64,000 nucleotides of DNA. Source: an uncultured archaeon. GTDB taxonomy: Archaea; Thermoplasmatota; Thermoplasmata; Thermoplasmatales; Thermoplasmataceae. Where the stretch lies: assembly GCA_000965745.1 (NCBI GenBank), contig CP009479.1, positions 1,632,001-1,696,000 of the forward strand, given 5' to 3'. The translations under genes were made by a program, and so were the position numbers. Under the pieces are notes generated by a model that worked only from the letters and a program-made list of their open reading frames with translations, had not been told where the DNA came from and searched no databases. Position 1 is the stretch's first letter, and every line of letters starts with the position of its first letter. Shown here piece by piece: positions 39,479-49,308 of the stretch.

Positions 39479-39838
39479 ATGAGATTTGCTATAGCAGTTT
39501 CAGGAATCAAGGTATCAGGGCCGGGAGAAGCGGGTGAGATCCTTGTCTATGACATGGATGAGTCTTCAAAGCTATTGGAGAGCTATGAAAATCCTGCCCT
39601 CACTGTCCTGACGGCAAGAGGCATTGCAATGATAAAATCAGTCATTGACAAAGGGGTTGAGAAACTCGTGATCAGTGGCATAGGAGATCACGCATTCGAG
39701 TATGCCGCGGGAAGAATAGAGCTCCTAAACGGGCATGGCATGTCCAGGGACGAGGTGCTTGCGAAAATCCTGAAGGGAGAGCTCGAGCAAGTAAAAGTTG
39801 CCTCTCACAGAGTTGGGCATCACCATACGCATTCCTGA
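39479..39838 (+). CDS. NifB/NifX-family (FeMo-cofactor-binding fold) protein with a His-rich tail
   Basis: MRFAIAV, YENPA, RGIAM, GVEKLVISGIG; ends HRVGHHHTHS. Confidence 0.75.
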   Translation: MRFAIAVSGIKVSGPGEAGEILVYDMDESSKLLESYENPALTVLTARGIAMIKSVIDKGVEKLVISGIGDHAFEYAAGRIELLNGHGMSRDEVLAKILKGELEQVKVASHRVGHHHTHS

Positions 39839-39882
39839 TCAACAACGTTTATATTATTCTGTCAGGAAACCTTCATTTTTAC

Positions 39883-39982
39883 TTAAACAGTATAAAAGGT
39901 AAGGTATAGTGCTAAAGAGTCGGTACAATATATTTTTATTACAAGGTGACAAAAAATGGACACCTCTAATAAAAATAGAGTG
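39883..39982 (+). repeat. 100-bp exact direct repeat, copy 1 (promoter, 5' UTR and first 9 codons)
   Basis: Identical to 41377-41476 (offset 1494). Confidence 0.95.
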
Positions 39983-41209
39983 CTGGTTGCCATGATTGCA
40001 GTTGTTATGACGCTCTCTGCTCTCGCAGTAATTTTCGAGAGCCCTCAGAGCAATAGCGGCTTTGCATCTGGCGGCCATAACTTCAGCAATATAAATGAAG
40101 TGACGAATTCAGCAAATGCTGTAAACGATAAATCAGTTGCAGCTATGGTCTCTGCCGCAGTCACAACTGCACAGACCTATGCCGTAACATTCACGAACAT
40201 TGGCCTGCCTTCAGGTATGACCTGGACAGTAACTATAGATGGTTCTACGACTTTGAGCAGCACCGGCACGTCAATAACGTTCCAGCTTCCCAATGGGTCC
40301 CATGCCTTTTCTGTCGGGAAACCACTCAACTACGTTGCGGACCCTGAAAGTGGAGTAGTATTTGTTTACGGGTCCGCTTCAACGCAGTACATCACATTTT
40401 CACTTCTTGAGTATGATGTAACATTCGTTCAGACCGGGCTTCAACCGGGGGCAACATGGTCTGTTGACCTCAATGGAGTTGTCAAGACCTCTACGACAAA
40501 CCAGATCTTCTACAGCATGGATAACGGCAGCTACAGCTACTCGATAACTGGGCCGGCAAACTATGCGGCAAATCCGGGCAGTGGTAAGGCAATAGTTTAC
40601 GGTGGCAATGTTACCATAGATGTTTCATTCATCAGCACCCTGCACAAGATCACCTTCAACTTTGGAGGTGACATCGCAGGAACAAGCTGGACACTTACCT
40701 TTGCCGGGGACAGCTATACAGTTACCGGGAGCAGCCTTGCCCTTATGAAGAACAACGGCATGTATGGCTATTCTGTATCTACCGCGAATGAATATGCCGC
40801 CACCCCGTCAAGCGGTTCAGTGCTGGTTCTTGACAAGGACGCATCTGTAAACATAACAATACAGGTGAAGACATACACGGTGACCTTTGAGCACGTTGGC
40901 ATGGAAGTAGGAGTTCCCTGGCAGGTGACATTCAACGGCGTGGTGCATAATTCCACATCCTCAATCATAACCTTTGAAACGCAAGCGGGAAATTACAGCT
41001 ACACGGTTTCTGATGTAAATGGGTACACAGTATCCTCAGGCACTGGGGATGTGAATGTGGCAAGCCAGAGCCAGTATGTCAACGTTGAGTTCAACAAGAA
41101 TCCTGACATCTGGACCATGCCTCTGTTGATCATCGCGGGAGCTGCTATAGGGATTGGTGCAGGAGTTGGAATCGGTCTTCTGTATGTAAGGAGGATAAGA
41201 CCTCCTTAA
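39956..41209 (+). CDS. Membrane-anchored surface protein with four thermopsin-associated beta-sandwich repeats and no protease domain
   Basis: Signal peptide; four repeats of YxVTF...GL..G..WxV..NG...NG.Y.Y; C-terminal TM helix plus RRIRPP. Confidence 0.85.
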   Translation: MDTSNKNRVLVAMIAVVMTLSALAVIFESPQSNSGFASGGHNFSNINEVTNSANAVNDKSVAAMVSAAVTTAQTYAVTFTNIGLPSGMTWTVTIDGSTTLSSTGTSITFQLPNGSHAFSVGKPLNYVADPESGVVFVYGSASTQYITFSLLEYDVTFVQTGLQPGATWSVDLNGVVKTSTTNQIFYSMDNGSYSYSITGPANYAANPGSGKAIVYGGNVTIDVSFISTLHKITFNFGGDIAGTSWTLTFAGDSYTVTGSSLALMKNNGMYGYSVSTANEYAATPSSGSVLVLDKDASVNITIQVKTYTVTFEHVGMEVGVPWQVTFNGVVHNSTSSIITFETQAGNYSYTVSDVNGYTVSSGTGDVNVASQSQYVNVEFNKNPDIWTMPLLIIAGAAIGIGAGVGIGLLYVRRIRPP

Positions 41210-41376
41210 TCTTTTTTTACCACACCGGCGTTATAATACTCAACCTTTTTTCCCCAACTGATTCCTGCCAGAAAACAGATGTTGTGCCAGTGCTGGACTT
41301 TTCTGACTAGGGGCATTGACCGGAATTCCATGGTGAAAATGTTTATAACCTGATATCCACTCTTTCAGTTTCTCCT

Positions 41377-41476
41377 TTAAACAGTATAAAAGGTAAGGTA
41401 TAGTGCTAAAGAGTCGGTACAATATATTTTTATTACAAGGTGACAAAAAATGGACACCTCTAATAAAAATAGAGTG
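41377..41476 (+). repeat. 100-bp exact direct repeat, copy 2
   Basis: Identical to 39883-39982. Confidence 0.95.
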
Positions 41477-44400
41477 TTGGTTACGATAGTGGCGACTGTA
41501 ATGGTACTGTCGGCCCTGGTGGTTTTCTTTGAATCCCCGGGTCCCGGCAACGTTCAGGCGGCCACTGCCGGCAATCAAGTGCTCAATATAGTAAATGGAG
41601 ACAATCAGAACTCGCCCTCTGTGACATCTCAGCCACTGGACGATGCTACTGTTCTAAAACTACTCAGTGAGAACGGAGTTCCCACGAAGTATGCTTACCT
41701 TCCAAACTTCAACTTCAACAGCACATCTTCTGCAGCAGTGAATCCACTTTATGAGAGATCACCCGCACCAATAGGGGTATCTGACTATGGGTATTCTACG
41801 AATTCCGGTGTGAAGACGACCTACTCATACGACACAAATGGATTCCTGGGGTCATTCATGTATGAAGGAATGGACCCTTTCTACCTGCAGAACAACAATC
41901 CGGGAACAGTTGCAATTCAGCTCAACTCTGTCCTTAACCACGTAACTGTCCAGGGCAACTCTAGCTACGTTTTCTGGATACAGAACGTGATGCTGTTCAC
42001 GCCGAGTGAACACACCATGCAGATCGTGGCAAACATATGGAGTTTCTCAACCCCAGGAATGCAGTTCCCAGGCAATGCGATCCTCTCAGGTAACGGAGCG
42101 GTTATACCCGGACTTTTCTACTATTCTGTGGGCCCGCTTCTCACCAATCTGCCTGAAGCGTTTACAACAATTGTTTATGCTGACTCCGTGATGAATGGCC
42201 TGAACAATGCTGTGGATTTCAAGTATGAAGTAACGGGAACGGAATCCAGCTCTACTGTCCCCATCACGACCTATGACACAGTGACTTTCAACTCGGTGGT
42301 TCCTGGAGCTGTTCTTCCTGCACCGGCCGCAAAGTTCCACGTAAGTGGTACAGCTACGACACCGGCGGGCTACCTCTATGACTCAGAACTAGTTGTAACA
42401 GGGCCTGGAAGCGGCAGCACTTCCACAATGTACGCAGCCAACGGCCAGCTAAAGCTTCAGTTCAAGAACAGTGCTGGAACATACAATAACGTTCCAGCCG
42501 CTTACAACTTCGGCTCGAATACCGGCGAAACAATACAGGGCCTCTCTTCCTGGTGGACCTCGACCCAGAGTCCAATAGCTCATCTAAGCCTTGGTCCGTC
42601 GATTCTGGTCCCACTGTGGGGTTCAGATGTGACCCGATCCGGCGCAACTAATGTGCAGGGAACACTCGATCCGCCGAACTCATTCATGTTCATAAGCGCG
42701 GGAACTTCCTTTGACAGCACGACAGCAGCCTGGGCTCCAGTGAGTCAGAACGGCTCTTTTACCTTTGCACTGCCCGGCGGCCTGACATACTCTGCCAAAG
42801 TCATGATGAGTGAGTTTGTAGCGCAGACCTTCAACCCGATGTTTGCAGAAGAAGAGACTAATGAGACTGACGGAGGAGGGCCACCGAGTGACGTTGGGGG
42901 CGGCGGAGATGAAAACGAAACAGCGGCTTACTTCAATGTAACACTCAGTTTAGACAAAAGTACGGGAATATACACACCACTTTATGCATATGGCAATGAC
43001 CAGGTCAAGTACCTTACGCTCGGAAACTCCAACGTTACCGGACCCGTGAGTGCTAAGAACCTGACGCCTGGCATGATAGCCGGAGCAGGAACACCTGGAG
43101 ATCCATACCTGATAGAGAACAACCAGTACAGGCAGCTTGACCAGCTGTTTGCACGGACCAATGGCTTCATGTTCCCGGTATTCTCAGGAATAATGCTTGT
43201 TGGCACCAACGCATCGGTTGAAATCAATAATCCTGCACCTTTCGCAGTCCAGTATCCCGCAACCATGGCGTCAACGCTCCAGAACTTTGGCCTGCCCTAT
43301 TCCAACAACCTGAACCTGATGTTCTACAACACATCAAGTGTCGCAGTGTTTGGAGGGACGTCAATAACGGGATGGTTCAGTTCGTCACTGGCAGGATTCC
43401 CTGCAGCCAGCCTCATGTTCTGGAATTCGACTGATTTCCTGGTAGGGGGCAACCACTTCAATACCATGAGCAATGGCCTGTTGGTGTACAACGGTAATGG
43501 GGCTGATTCCAACGGTGTCGTCTGGGGCAACTATTTCGTCAAGAACCATATATCAGGCAGCACCTACGCACCACATCTGCTCAATGGGACTGATCCGGTT
43601 GGTGTCATGATTCTTGGCTCCGGGAATCTGGTTTACAATAACTACTTTGGTCTTGAATCGTCTGCCTACAGCCCGGACACCGACATATACACAGGTGGCC
43701 AGGCGAGCTATTCCAACAACTGGGACCTCGGATCCAAGCTGCCTACTAACTACACCAATACTGTCTTAGGGCACGTTCTCACAGGAGTTATTGTGCAGGT
43801 ATCATACCAGGGAGGAAATTACTGGTCCAGCTTCGACGGAAATATTCCCTTCACCGACAGCGGCAGGATTGCAAGCGGTGGAGACTACTACCCCCTGATA
43901 GTCCCAAAATATGACGTGACATTTGCAAGCACTGGACTTCCATCAGGGCTATCCTGGACCGTTACCCTGGATGACACCACAGTCATTTCGACCTCCTCCA
44001 CGATAGTGATTCAGGCTGAAAACGGAACGCATTCCTTCAAGATAGGAAAACCACAGAACTATATGGCTACCCCATCAACAGGCACTGCAATTGTGAATGG
44101 AGAGAACATAATCAAGGATATCACGTTCTCCCTGATTGAATTCCAGGTTACCTTTACGCAGTCCGGACACCCTGCAGGGGCACTTTGGACTGTTAACCTG
44201 AATGGTGATGTCAAAACCTCCACTGGTAGCACTATCACATACATGAAGGACAATGGCACATACAGCTACTATATTACCGGGCACTCCCATTACACAGCAA
44301 CGCCTGATTCAGGGAAGATACTGGTCTACGGTGCTGATGCTTTAGAAAGCATTACATTTGTGAATACGACTTATTCTATTGTGTTCATGGCGAGTGGCAT

Positions 44401-44935
44401 GCCTTCCGGAAGCCATTGGGGAGTGACTGTAAACGGTATAGTGCACACCACTGACGCAGCGAGCATGTCTGTAATGGTGTCAAATGGAACCTATTCCTAC
44501 ACAATTGCACCACCTGCAGGATATGACGCTTCACCTGCAAGCGGAATGCTCCTGATCCTTGGGAGCGATGTGACGGTTGAAGTCCAGTTCACCGAAAAGA
44601 CTTACCCTGTCGTGTTCGATGTCAGAGGAATACCCAGTGGAACAGAATGGGGAGTGACCTTCAATGGCCAGGATTTCAACACGACTACGTCCTCCATAAC
44701 CTTTGACGTGGTGAATGGAAACTACAACTATACGGTTACTTCGGTGAACGGGTATACAGCACAGGTAAGCCAGGACAGTGTAACTGTAAATGACCAGGGC
44801 ATAACGGTAGAGGTTCAGTACCAGCAGAATCCCAACCACCTCATGACTGCAGGCCTGATGGGTGGAGGGGCAGCAGCCGGCATTGGTGCAGGCATAGCAG
44901 TTGCCTACATGTTATGGAGAAAGCCCCCAGCCTGA
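41450..44935 (+). CDS. Thermopsin-like (peptidase A5) surface protease with a beta-helix-like region, four stalk repeats and a TM anchor
   Basis: PAPIGVSDYG, IQLNSVL, FWIQNV, YDSELVVTGPGSG, AYNFGSNTGET; GGNYWS and GDYYPL; C-terminal repeats collinear with those of 39956..41209. Confidence 0.88.
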   Translation: MDTSNKNRVLVTIVATVMVLSALVVFFESPGPGNVQAATAGNQVLNIVNGDNQNSPSVTSQPLDDATVLKLLSENGVPTKYAYLPNFNFNSTSSAAVNPLYERSPAPIGVSDYGYSTNSGVKTTYSYDTNGFLGSFMYEGMDPFYLQNNNPGTVAIQLNSVLNHVTVQGNSSYVFWIQNVMLFTPSEHTMQIVANIWSFSTPGMQFPGNAILSGNGAVIPGLFYYSVGPLLTNLPEAFTTIVYADSVMNGLNNAVDFKYEVTGTESSSTVPITTYDTVTFNSVVPGAVLPAPAAKFHVSGTATTPAGYLYDSELVVTGPGSGSTSTMYAANGQLKLQFKNSAGTYNNVPAAYNFGSNTGETIQGLSSWWTSTQSPIAHLSLGPSILVPLWGSDVTRSGATNVQGTLDPPNSFMFISAGTSFDSTTAAWAPVSQNGSFTFALPGGLTYSAKVMMSEFVAQTFNPMFAEEETNETDGGGPPSDVGGGGDENETAAYFNVTLSLDKSTGIYTPLYAYGNDQVKYLTLGNSNVTGPVSAKNLTPGMIAGAGTPGDPYLIENNQYRQLDQLFARTNGFMFPVFSGIMLVGTNASVEINNPAPFAVQYPATMASTLQNFGLPYSNNLNLMFYNTSSVAVFGGTSITGWFSSSLAGFPAASLMFWNSTDFLVGGNHFNTMSNGLLVYNGNGADSNGVVWGNYFVKNHISGSTYAPHLLNGTDPVGVMILGSGNLVYNNYFGLESSAYSPDTDIYTGGQASYSNNWDLGSKLPTNYTNTVLGHVLTGVIVQVSYQGGNYWSSFDGNIPFTDSGRIASGGDYYPLIVPKYDVTFASTGLPSGLSWTVTLDDTTVISTSSTIVIQAENGTHSFKIGKPQNYMATPSTGTAIVNGENIIKDITFSLIEFQVTFTQSGHPAGALWTVNLNGDVKTSTGSTITYMKDNGTYSYYITGHSHYTATPDSGKILVYGADALESITFVNTTYSIVFMASGMPSGSHWGVTVNGIVHTTDAASMSVMVSNGTYSYTIAPPAGYDASPASGMLLILGSDVTVEVQFTEKTYPVVFDVRGIPSGTEWGVTFNGQDFNTTTSSITFDVVNGNYNYTVTSVNGYTAQVSQDSVTVNDQGITVEVQYQQNPNHLMTAGLMGGGAAAGIGAGIAVAYMLWRKPPA

Positions 44936-45080
44936 TATTTAAATAATCCAACAAATTTTTTTACTCATTTTCAGGCATTAAAGAACAGTTTCCCCGTGTC
45001 AGGACGATTCGCGTTCCACGTTGTTAAGGCTACCGTTTGAATAGATACATGAGAATAGAACCGAAGGCAGGTATTCGATT

Positions 45081-45461
45081 GTGAAGGCTAACAGGTTATC
45101 TGATTACGTCTGGGTCATGATCGGAGTAGCGTCATTTGTGATTGCAGGGGTGTTGGTCCTGGCAACCCTGTTCGGGCCATTCAGGCCTTACTACTATGGG
45201 TACTATGGAATGATGGGGAGTTACGGCATGGGATTATTCCCCATTGTCTGGTTCGGCGCAATAGCACTCGTGATCCTGCTTGTTTACCTTCTCTTTTCCC
45301 TGACCCAAAAGGGGTATGGCCCAGATAGCACCGCCAAACCGAAAGACATACTGAAAAAGCGCCTGGCAACTGGAGAAATCAGCAGGGATGAATTCGAGGA
45401 GAGAATTGCCGCACTGGATAATTCGGAAGATCATCATACCACAGGCAAGAAGGTCGATTAG
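45081..45461 (+). CDS. Small membrane protein with a SHOCT domain
   Basis: Two TM segments flanking YYGMMG; ILKKRLATGEISRDEFEER. Confidence 0.85.
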   Translation: MKANRLSDYVWVMIGVASFVIAGVLVLATLFGPFRPYYYGYYGMMGSYGMGLFPIVWFGAIALVILLVYLLFSLTQKGYGPDSTAKPKDILKKRLATGEISRDEFEERIAALDNSEDHHTTGKKVD

Positions 45462-45462
45462 C

Positions 45463-46041
45463 ATGAGAATTCACAAACTTTTCGGAATAGCAGGCATCAT
45501 TACGCTAGTTGTTGTCGGAATTCTGCTTTCAGCCTTTCCGCAATTATATTCTGCCGTCCCGCAGCAGGACACTTCAACGATCACGGAGAATCAGCTAAAT
45601 GAATCTCTTGCTGCACCAGCCGGTGTCGTTGTTTCAAATAATTCGATAAACATCACAATCGATGCTGCTGTACTGATAGAGACCGGCCCCATGGGAGCGA
45701 ATGCAAGCATGTTTTCTTTCCTTGTCTATGGACAGGATAATCCTGTCCTGAACGTCAAGCAAGGGGTTTCAGTAAAATTCATGGTTGTAAACATCGATAC
45801 AGACGCAATACATAACTTTGCGATTACAACAATGGCGCCACCATACCCTGACATGGGACCGGGCATGATGTTCAACAGTGGTGAAATGTTTAACACACCC
45901 TACCTGGATCCCCATGCTGGACCGGGATACTCAATCTACAATGGTACATTCCACGCTGGGCACACTGGTAGTTACTGGTATGTGTGTGATGAATTCGGGC
46001 ATGCGTCAGACGGCATGTACGGCTGGTTGAATGTTTACTGA
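45463..46041 (+). CDS. Membrane-anchored rusticyanin/sulfocyanin-like blue copper protein
   Basis: N-terminal TM helix; NPVLNV, IHNFAIT..PPY, YWYVCDEFGHASDGMYG (His...Cys-x4-His-x4-Met type-1 Cu site). Confidence 0.85.
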   Translation: MRIHKLFGIAGIITLVVVGILLSAFPQLYSAVPQQDTSTITENQLNESLAAPAGVVVSNNSINITIDAAVLIETGPMGANASMFSFLVYGQDNPVLNVKQGVSVKFMVVNIDTDAIHNFAITTMAPPYPDMGPGMMFNSGEMFNTPYLDPHAGPGYSIYNGTFHAGHTGSYWYVCDEFGHASDGMYGWLNVY

Positions 46042-46094
46042 AGCCTGCAAACGTCACAGTTGATGCCCCGGAAGTTCGGGACACCTGTGATGAA

Positions 46095-46817
46095 TCAGCG
46101 CTGCCTCCATCTTGTAAGATATCTTGCCAGTGCGTAATAAAAAACTGTCTGCGCGACCATGAAATACGCCATTCCCATGTGGAAGGGTGCTAGATGGAAA
46201 ACTCCCTGTGCCAGTATAGCAGCAGGAGTGGCAGGCGATATTGCGAGAGCATAGATGGCCACCTGCGGCAGGTACGTATAAGGATAGAAGGTGGGAGGAA
46301 GCACTGTCATCACCACCGAGAGAATGCCCGCTATACCCCAGACGTTTCTTATATGGCCTATGCTGCTCGCTATTATGAAGGATATAGCTGAAGTTGACAT
46401 CACAAGAGTTATCAGGATCAGTGCCAGAGCAAGGGCGCTGATGAGAGTGAAAAGGTGATAGTATGTCCCAAGCGCAACGTAGAGGATTATGCCCGGAAAT
46501 GAAAACACAAGGTAGCTCATGGTGAGTCCAAGTATGTAATCCACAGGCGTGATAGAACTTGCCACAAAGAGGTCCTGAATTCTCAGTTGAAGCCTGAAAA
46601 AGGCTGCATCACCGGAGCTGGACAATGCAACTGATGCCACAAGCCCGATAAAACCACCTATTATGGCATACTTAACGAGGGTTCCTGCCGATATTATGTA
46701 TATTATGAAAAGAAGTGTCAGTGGTGCACTCAGGGATGCAATAATGTAGGACGGCCCGCGAATTATTGTCCTGAAACCATAGTACCATGCCAGAAGGCCG
46801 ACAAACCTAAGATTCAA
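46095..46817 (-). CDS. ABC-2 type exporter permease
   Basis: Six TM segments; FYPYTYLP...ISPAT; coupled to the ATPase gene. Confidence 0.88.
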   Translation of the reverse strand: MNLRFVGLLAWYYGFRTIIRGPSYIIASLSAPLTLLFIIYIISAGTLVKYAIIGGFIGLVASVALSSSGDAAFFRLQLRIQDLFVASSITPVDYILGLTMSYLVFSFPGIILYVALGTYYHLFTLISALALALILITLVMSTSAISFIIASSIGHIRNVWGIAGILSVVMTVLPPTFYPYTYLPQVAIYALAISPATPAAILAQGVFHLAPFHMGMAYFMVAQTVFYYALARYLTRWRQR

Positions 46818-47646
46818 GTGCCATCCCTCTGCTTATAAAAAGGTCATCCAGCGTGATTCGTTTGATGTTGTAACCTTCACCGAGGTACTTTTCCGCGTCC
46901 TCTTCCTTTACGTATTTAATGTATAACCTTCCTATCTGGAGGCCCTTTTCCTGCGGGACTGTGGTTTCGACTCTTACAAGCCCCTTGAATCTTGAGAGAA
47001 GAGACTTTACGTTTCCTTTTTCGAGCACTTTCCCACCATGGATCATTACCACCTCATCGGAAAGTTCGTGCGCCTCGTCCATATAATGTGTTGTCAGGAT
47101 CACGTTCCCTTCGAGCTGCCTGATTGCAGACCAGACTTCCATTCTTGAAAGCGGGTCCAGGCCGGTTGTCGGCTCATCGAGAAATATCGTATCAACATTA
47201 GCTGAAAGGGCCATTGCAACGAACACCTTCCTCTTCATGCCTCCGGACAGGGTGTCCGAGGGCTTATGCTTGAATTCGCGCAGCTCAAGCTGGTCGAGGG
47301 AGATGTTCGCGTTTCGTTCCGCCTCTGACATGGACATGCCCCTCCCCACCAGGTACAGCTTGACATGCTCAAATGGAGTAAGAATACCTATCGGAGATGC
47401 TTCCTGTGGAATACTTACAATGTTCTTTCTGATTTGAGAAGCATTCTTCATTATATCCAGGCCATTTATCTCAGCTTTTCCGGAAGTTGGTTCAAGCTGA
47501 GTCGAAAGGATTCTGATAAGGGTTGTCTTGCCTGCACCATTCATCCCGATTACCGCGGTCACTCTTTCATCAAGGTCTAAAGTAATTCCATGAAGGGCAA
47601 CTGTCCCATTGCGGTACCTTTTAACAATCTCATCAGTCCTTATCAT
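46807..47646 (-). CDS. ABC transporter ATP-binding protein
   Basis: GMNGAGKTT, LSGGMKRK, FLDEPTTGLD, TTHYMDEA. Confidence 0.95.
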   Translation of the reverse strand: MIRTDEIVKRYRNGTVALHGITLDLDERVTAVIGMNGAGKTTLIRILSTQLEPTSGKAEINGLDIMKNASQIRKNIVSIPQEASPIGILTPFEHVKLYLVGRGMSMSEAERNANISLDQLELREFKHKPSDTLSGGMKRKVFVAMALSANVDTIFLDEPTTGLDPLSRMEVWSAIRQLEGNVILTTHYMDEAHELSDEVVMIHGGKVLEKGNVKSLLSRFKGLVRVETTVPQEKGLQIGRLYIKYVKEEDAEKYLGEGYNIKRITLDDLFISRGMALES

Positions 47647-47767
47647 GAATATTCTCTTCCAGTAATACTGCCAGCCAGATTCAGAAATATCATAACCGGT
47701 TTAAAACTATTTGATGCGCCCATAGATCATAGCCTCAACAGGTGGTGCAGAATGTACCAACAGACTT

Positions 47768-48046
47768 ATGAACTCCTCTTTTTACAATATTCATGTGGAA
47801 GAAACCGGAAATCACAGCGCAGTGCACATAAGATACCTGGTTCGACTTGCAGTTGGGACCATTGTTCTCTTTACAGGCACAGATCTTCTTATAGCAGGGG
47901 ACAGCATGAGATCAGGTTACGGACGCTCTGTCTTCTCATTCCCTTTCATACTTTCTGGCCTGGGTGCGGCGTTCATAATCTATTCACTGTTTATCTTCTT
48001 CAACGTTGTCAGGTCTCCAGGAATTCTCGGAAACCCAGAATCTTAA
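47768..48046 (+). CDS. Hypothetical small membrane protein
   Basis: Two hydrophobic stretches; followed by a convergent gene. Confidence 0.4.
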   Translation: MNSSFYNIHVEETGNHSAVHIRYLVRLAVGTIVLFTGTDLLIAGDSMRSGYGRSVFSFPFILSGLGAAFIIYSLFIFFNVVRSPGILGNPES

Positions 48047-48085
48047 GCTGAATATCAAAAAAAATGGAATAAAAAGGTGAGAAAA

Positions 48086-48256
48086 TCAGCCATATTCGGG
48101 TTGTTCTTCATCTTCATTAACGTATGACACCTCACGCTCTTCCTGCCTTTGCCTCTCACTCACAAGAGTCCATCGATCGTCTATTCGCCTAAAAACGAGC
48201 GGCTTTGTTTGGTGTATCGTAATTTCTTCCCTCTTTTTCAGCCTCCAGAGAGCCAT
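48086..48256 (-). CDS. Small hypothetical protein (56 aa), below the ORF-track cutoff
   Basis: MALWRLKKREEITIHQTKPLVFRRIDDRWTLVSERQRQEEREVSYVNEDEEQPEYG*; AT-rich upstream region and T-tracts downstream on the minus strand. Confidence 0.5.
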   Translation of the reverse strand: MALWRLKKREEITIHQTKPLVFRRIDDRWTLVSERQRQEEREVSYVNEDEEQPEYG

Positions 48257-48595
48257 TTACAGAACGCCTAATCTACTCATTCTAATCTGCTATTTCAACT
48301 TTGCTAATAATATATATTTTCTGAATATATTAACATGATTAAATACACTACCATATACACTAGTTTCTCTAGATCATTACATTTAGGATTAAGATAAATT
48401 TGTTAATATAATGCCCTGATAATCTGTAGGCATGGCGAAGATAGCGCACAAGAAAACAGAGAAAAAGGCTGGCGTGTGAGAGTCGTGTTGTGTTGAAGGT
48501 TTTTTTATGGGGTTGGGCAATCACTGCAACTACCATGGGATACAAGGCGTAGAATGAGATGGTTGATGAAAGATGAATATGGCCATGACCAGGCC

Positions 48596-48838
48596 GTGAT
48601 ATCCTCCCCGCCCTATCGAAGGGGCTTCCCGCTTCCCAGACCTGAGTTACCCATGCAGGTGGCCCTGATCGCCGCAGGCGTAACTTCAGGAGCGCCCCTT
48701 CCTGCCTTTTCCAGTGATCGCATCTGAAATCTCTCACCGAGGGATTCATTTCTTCCTTCTTATATCCGCTGCCTGCGGGCAGGTCAGAGATCTGTACCTT
48801 CCATTCCCTTTCAGAAGGGGATTTCCCGCTCAATTTTG
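48596..48838 (-). mobile_element. Non-autonomous IS200/IS605 derivative, second subfamily (243 bp)
   Basis: Minus strand TTAA|CAAAATTGAGCGGGAAATCCCCTT... matches the left end of copies 1 and 2; right end GGAAGCCCCTTCGATAGGGCGGGGAGGATATCAC; tail translates AGRGAPEVTPA, like TnpB C-termini. Confidence 0.8.
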
Positions 48839-49308
48839 TTAAAAAGAACCAACCGGTACTCCTATTTCATGCTTTTTTCACTTGGACAGAAGCGCAAGTT
48901 TGGTTGAAATTTCCAGGAACTTTGAAGACAGTGTCTTCAACTTCATACCTTCTTTGCCTGGAGCTCCCGCTGTACCGGCAAGTTTCAGAAAGGAGTTCCG
49001 ACATCCGCCATTATCTCAGTTGAGTTCATGGTACGCTTTCCTTTCAGGCCATCCTTCAATGGTGGATCTACTGTCAAAAAACACTGAACCTGGAGATTAT
49101 GGGAGCAATTAAGCACATACTGTCACATTATAAGTTTCTCCTCGGGGCAAATATATTCAAAGAGTGCTTTATCATTATACTTTCAGACACTTCGACACTT
49201 CTATTCCTCATGATGTATCCTGAAAATCGGTCAACCAATAAGTACTAAAAGTCGATCCTGAAAGGTTATTAGTGCCTCACCTGACGAGGTGCGGGGTGGA
49301 TGCAATCA

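Noticed and set aside
48843-49260. Short ORFs or a decayed gene next to the third mini-element
   Set aside because: Fragments in several frames have no recognisable motif.
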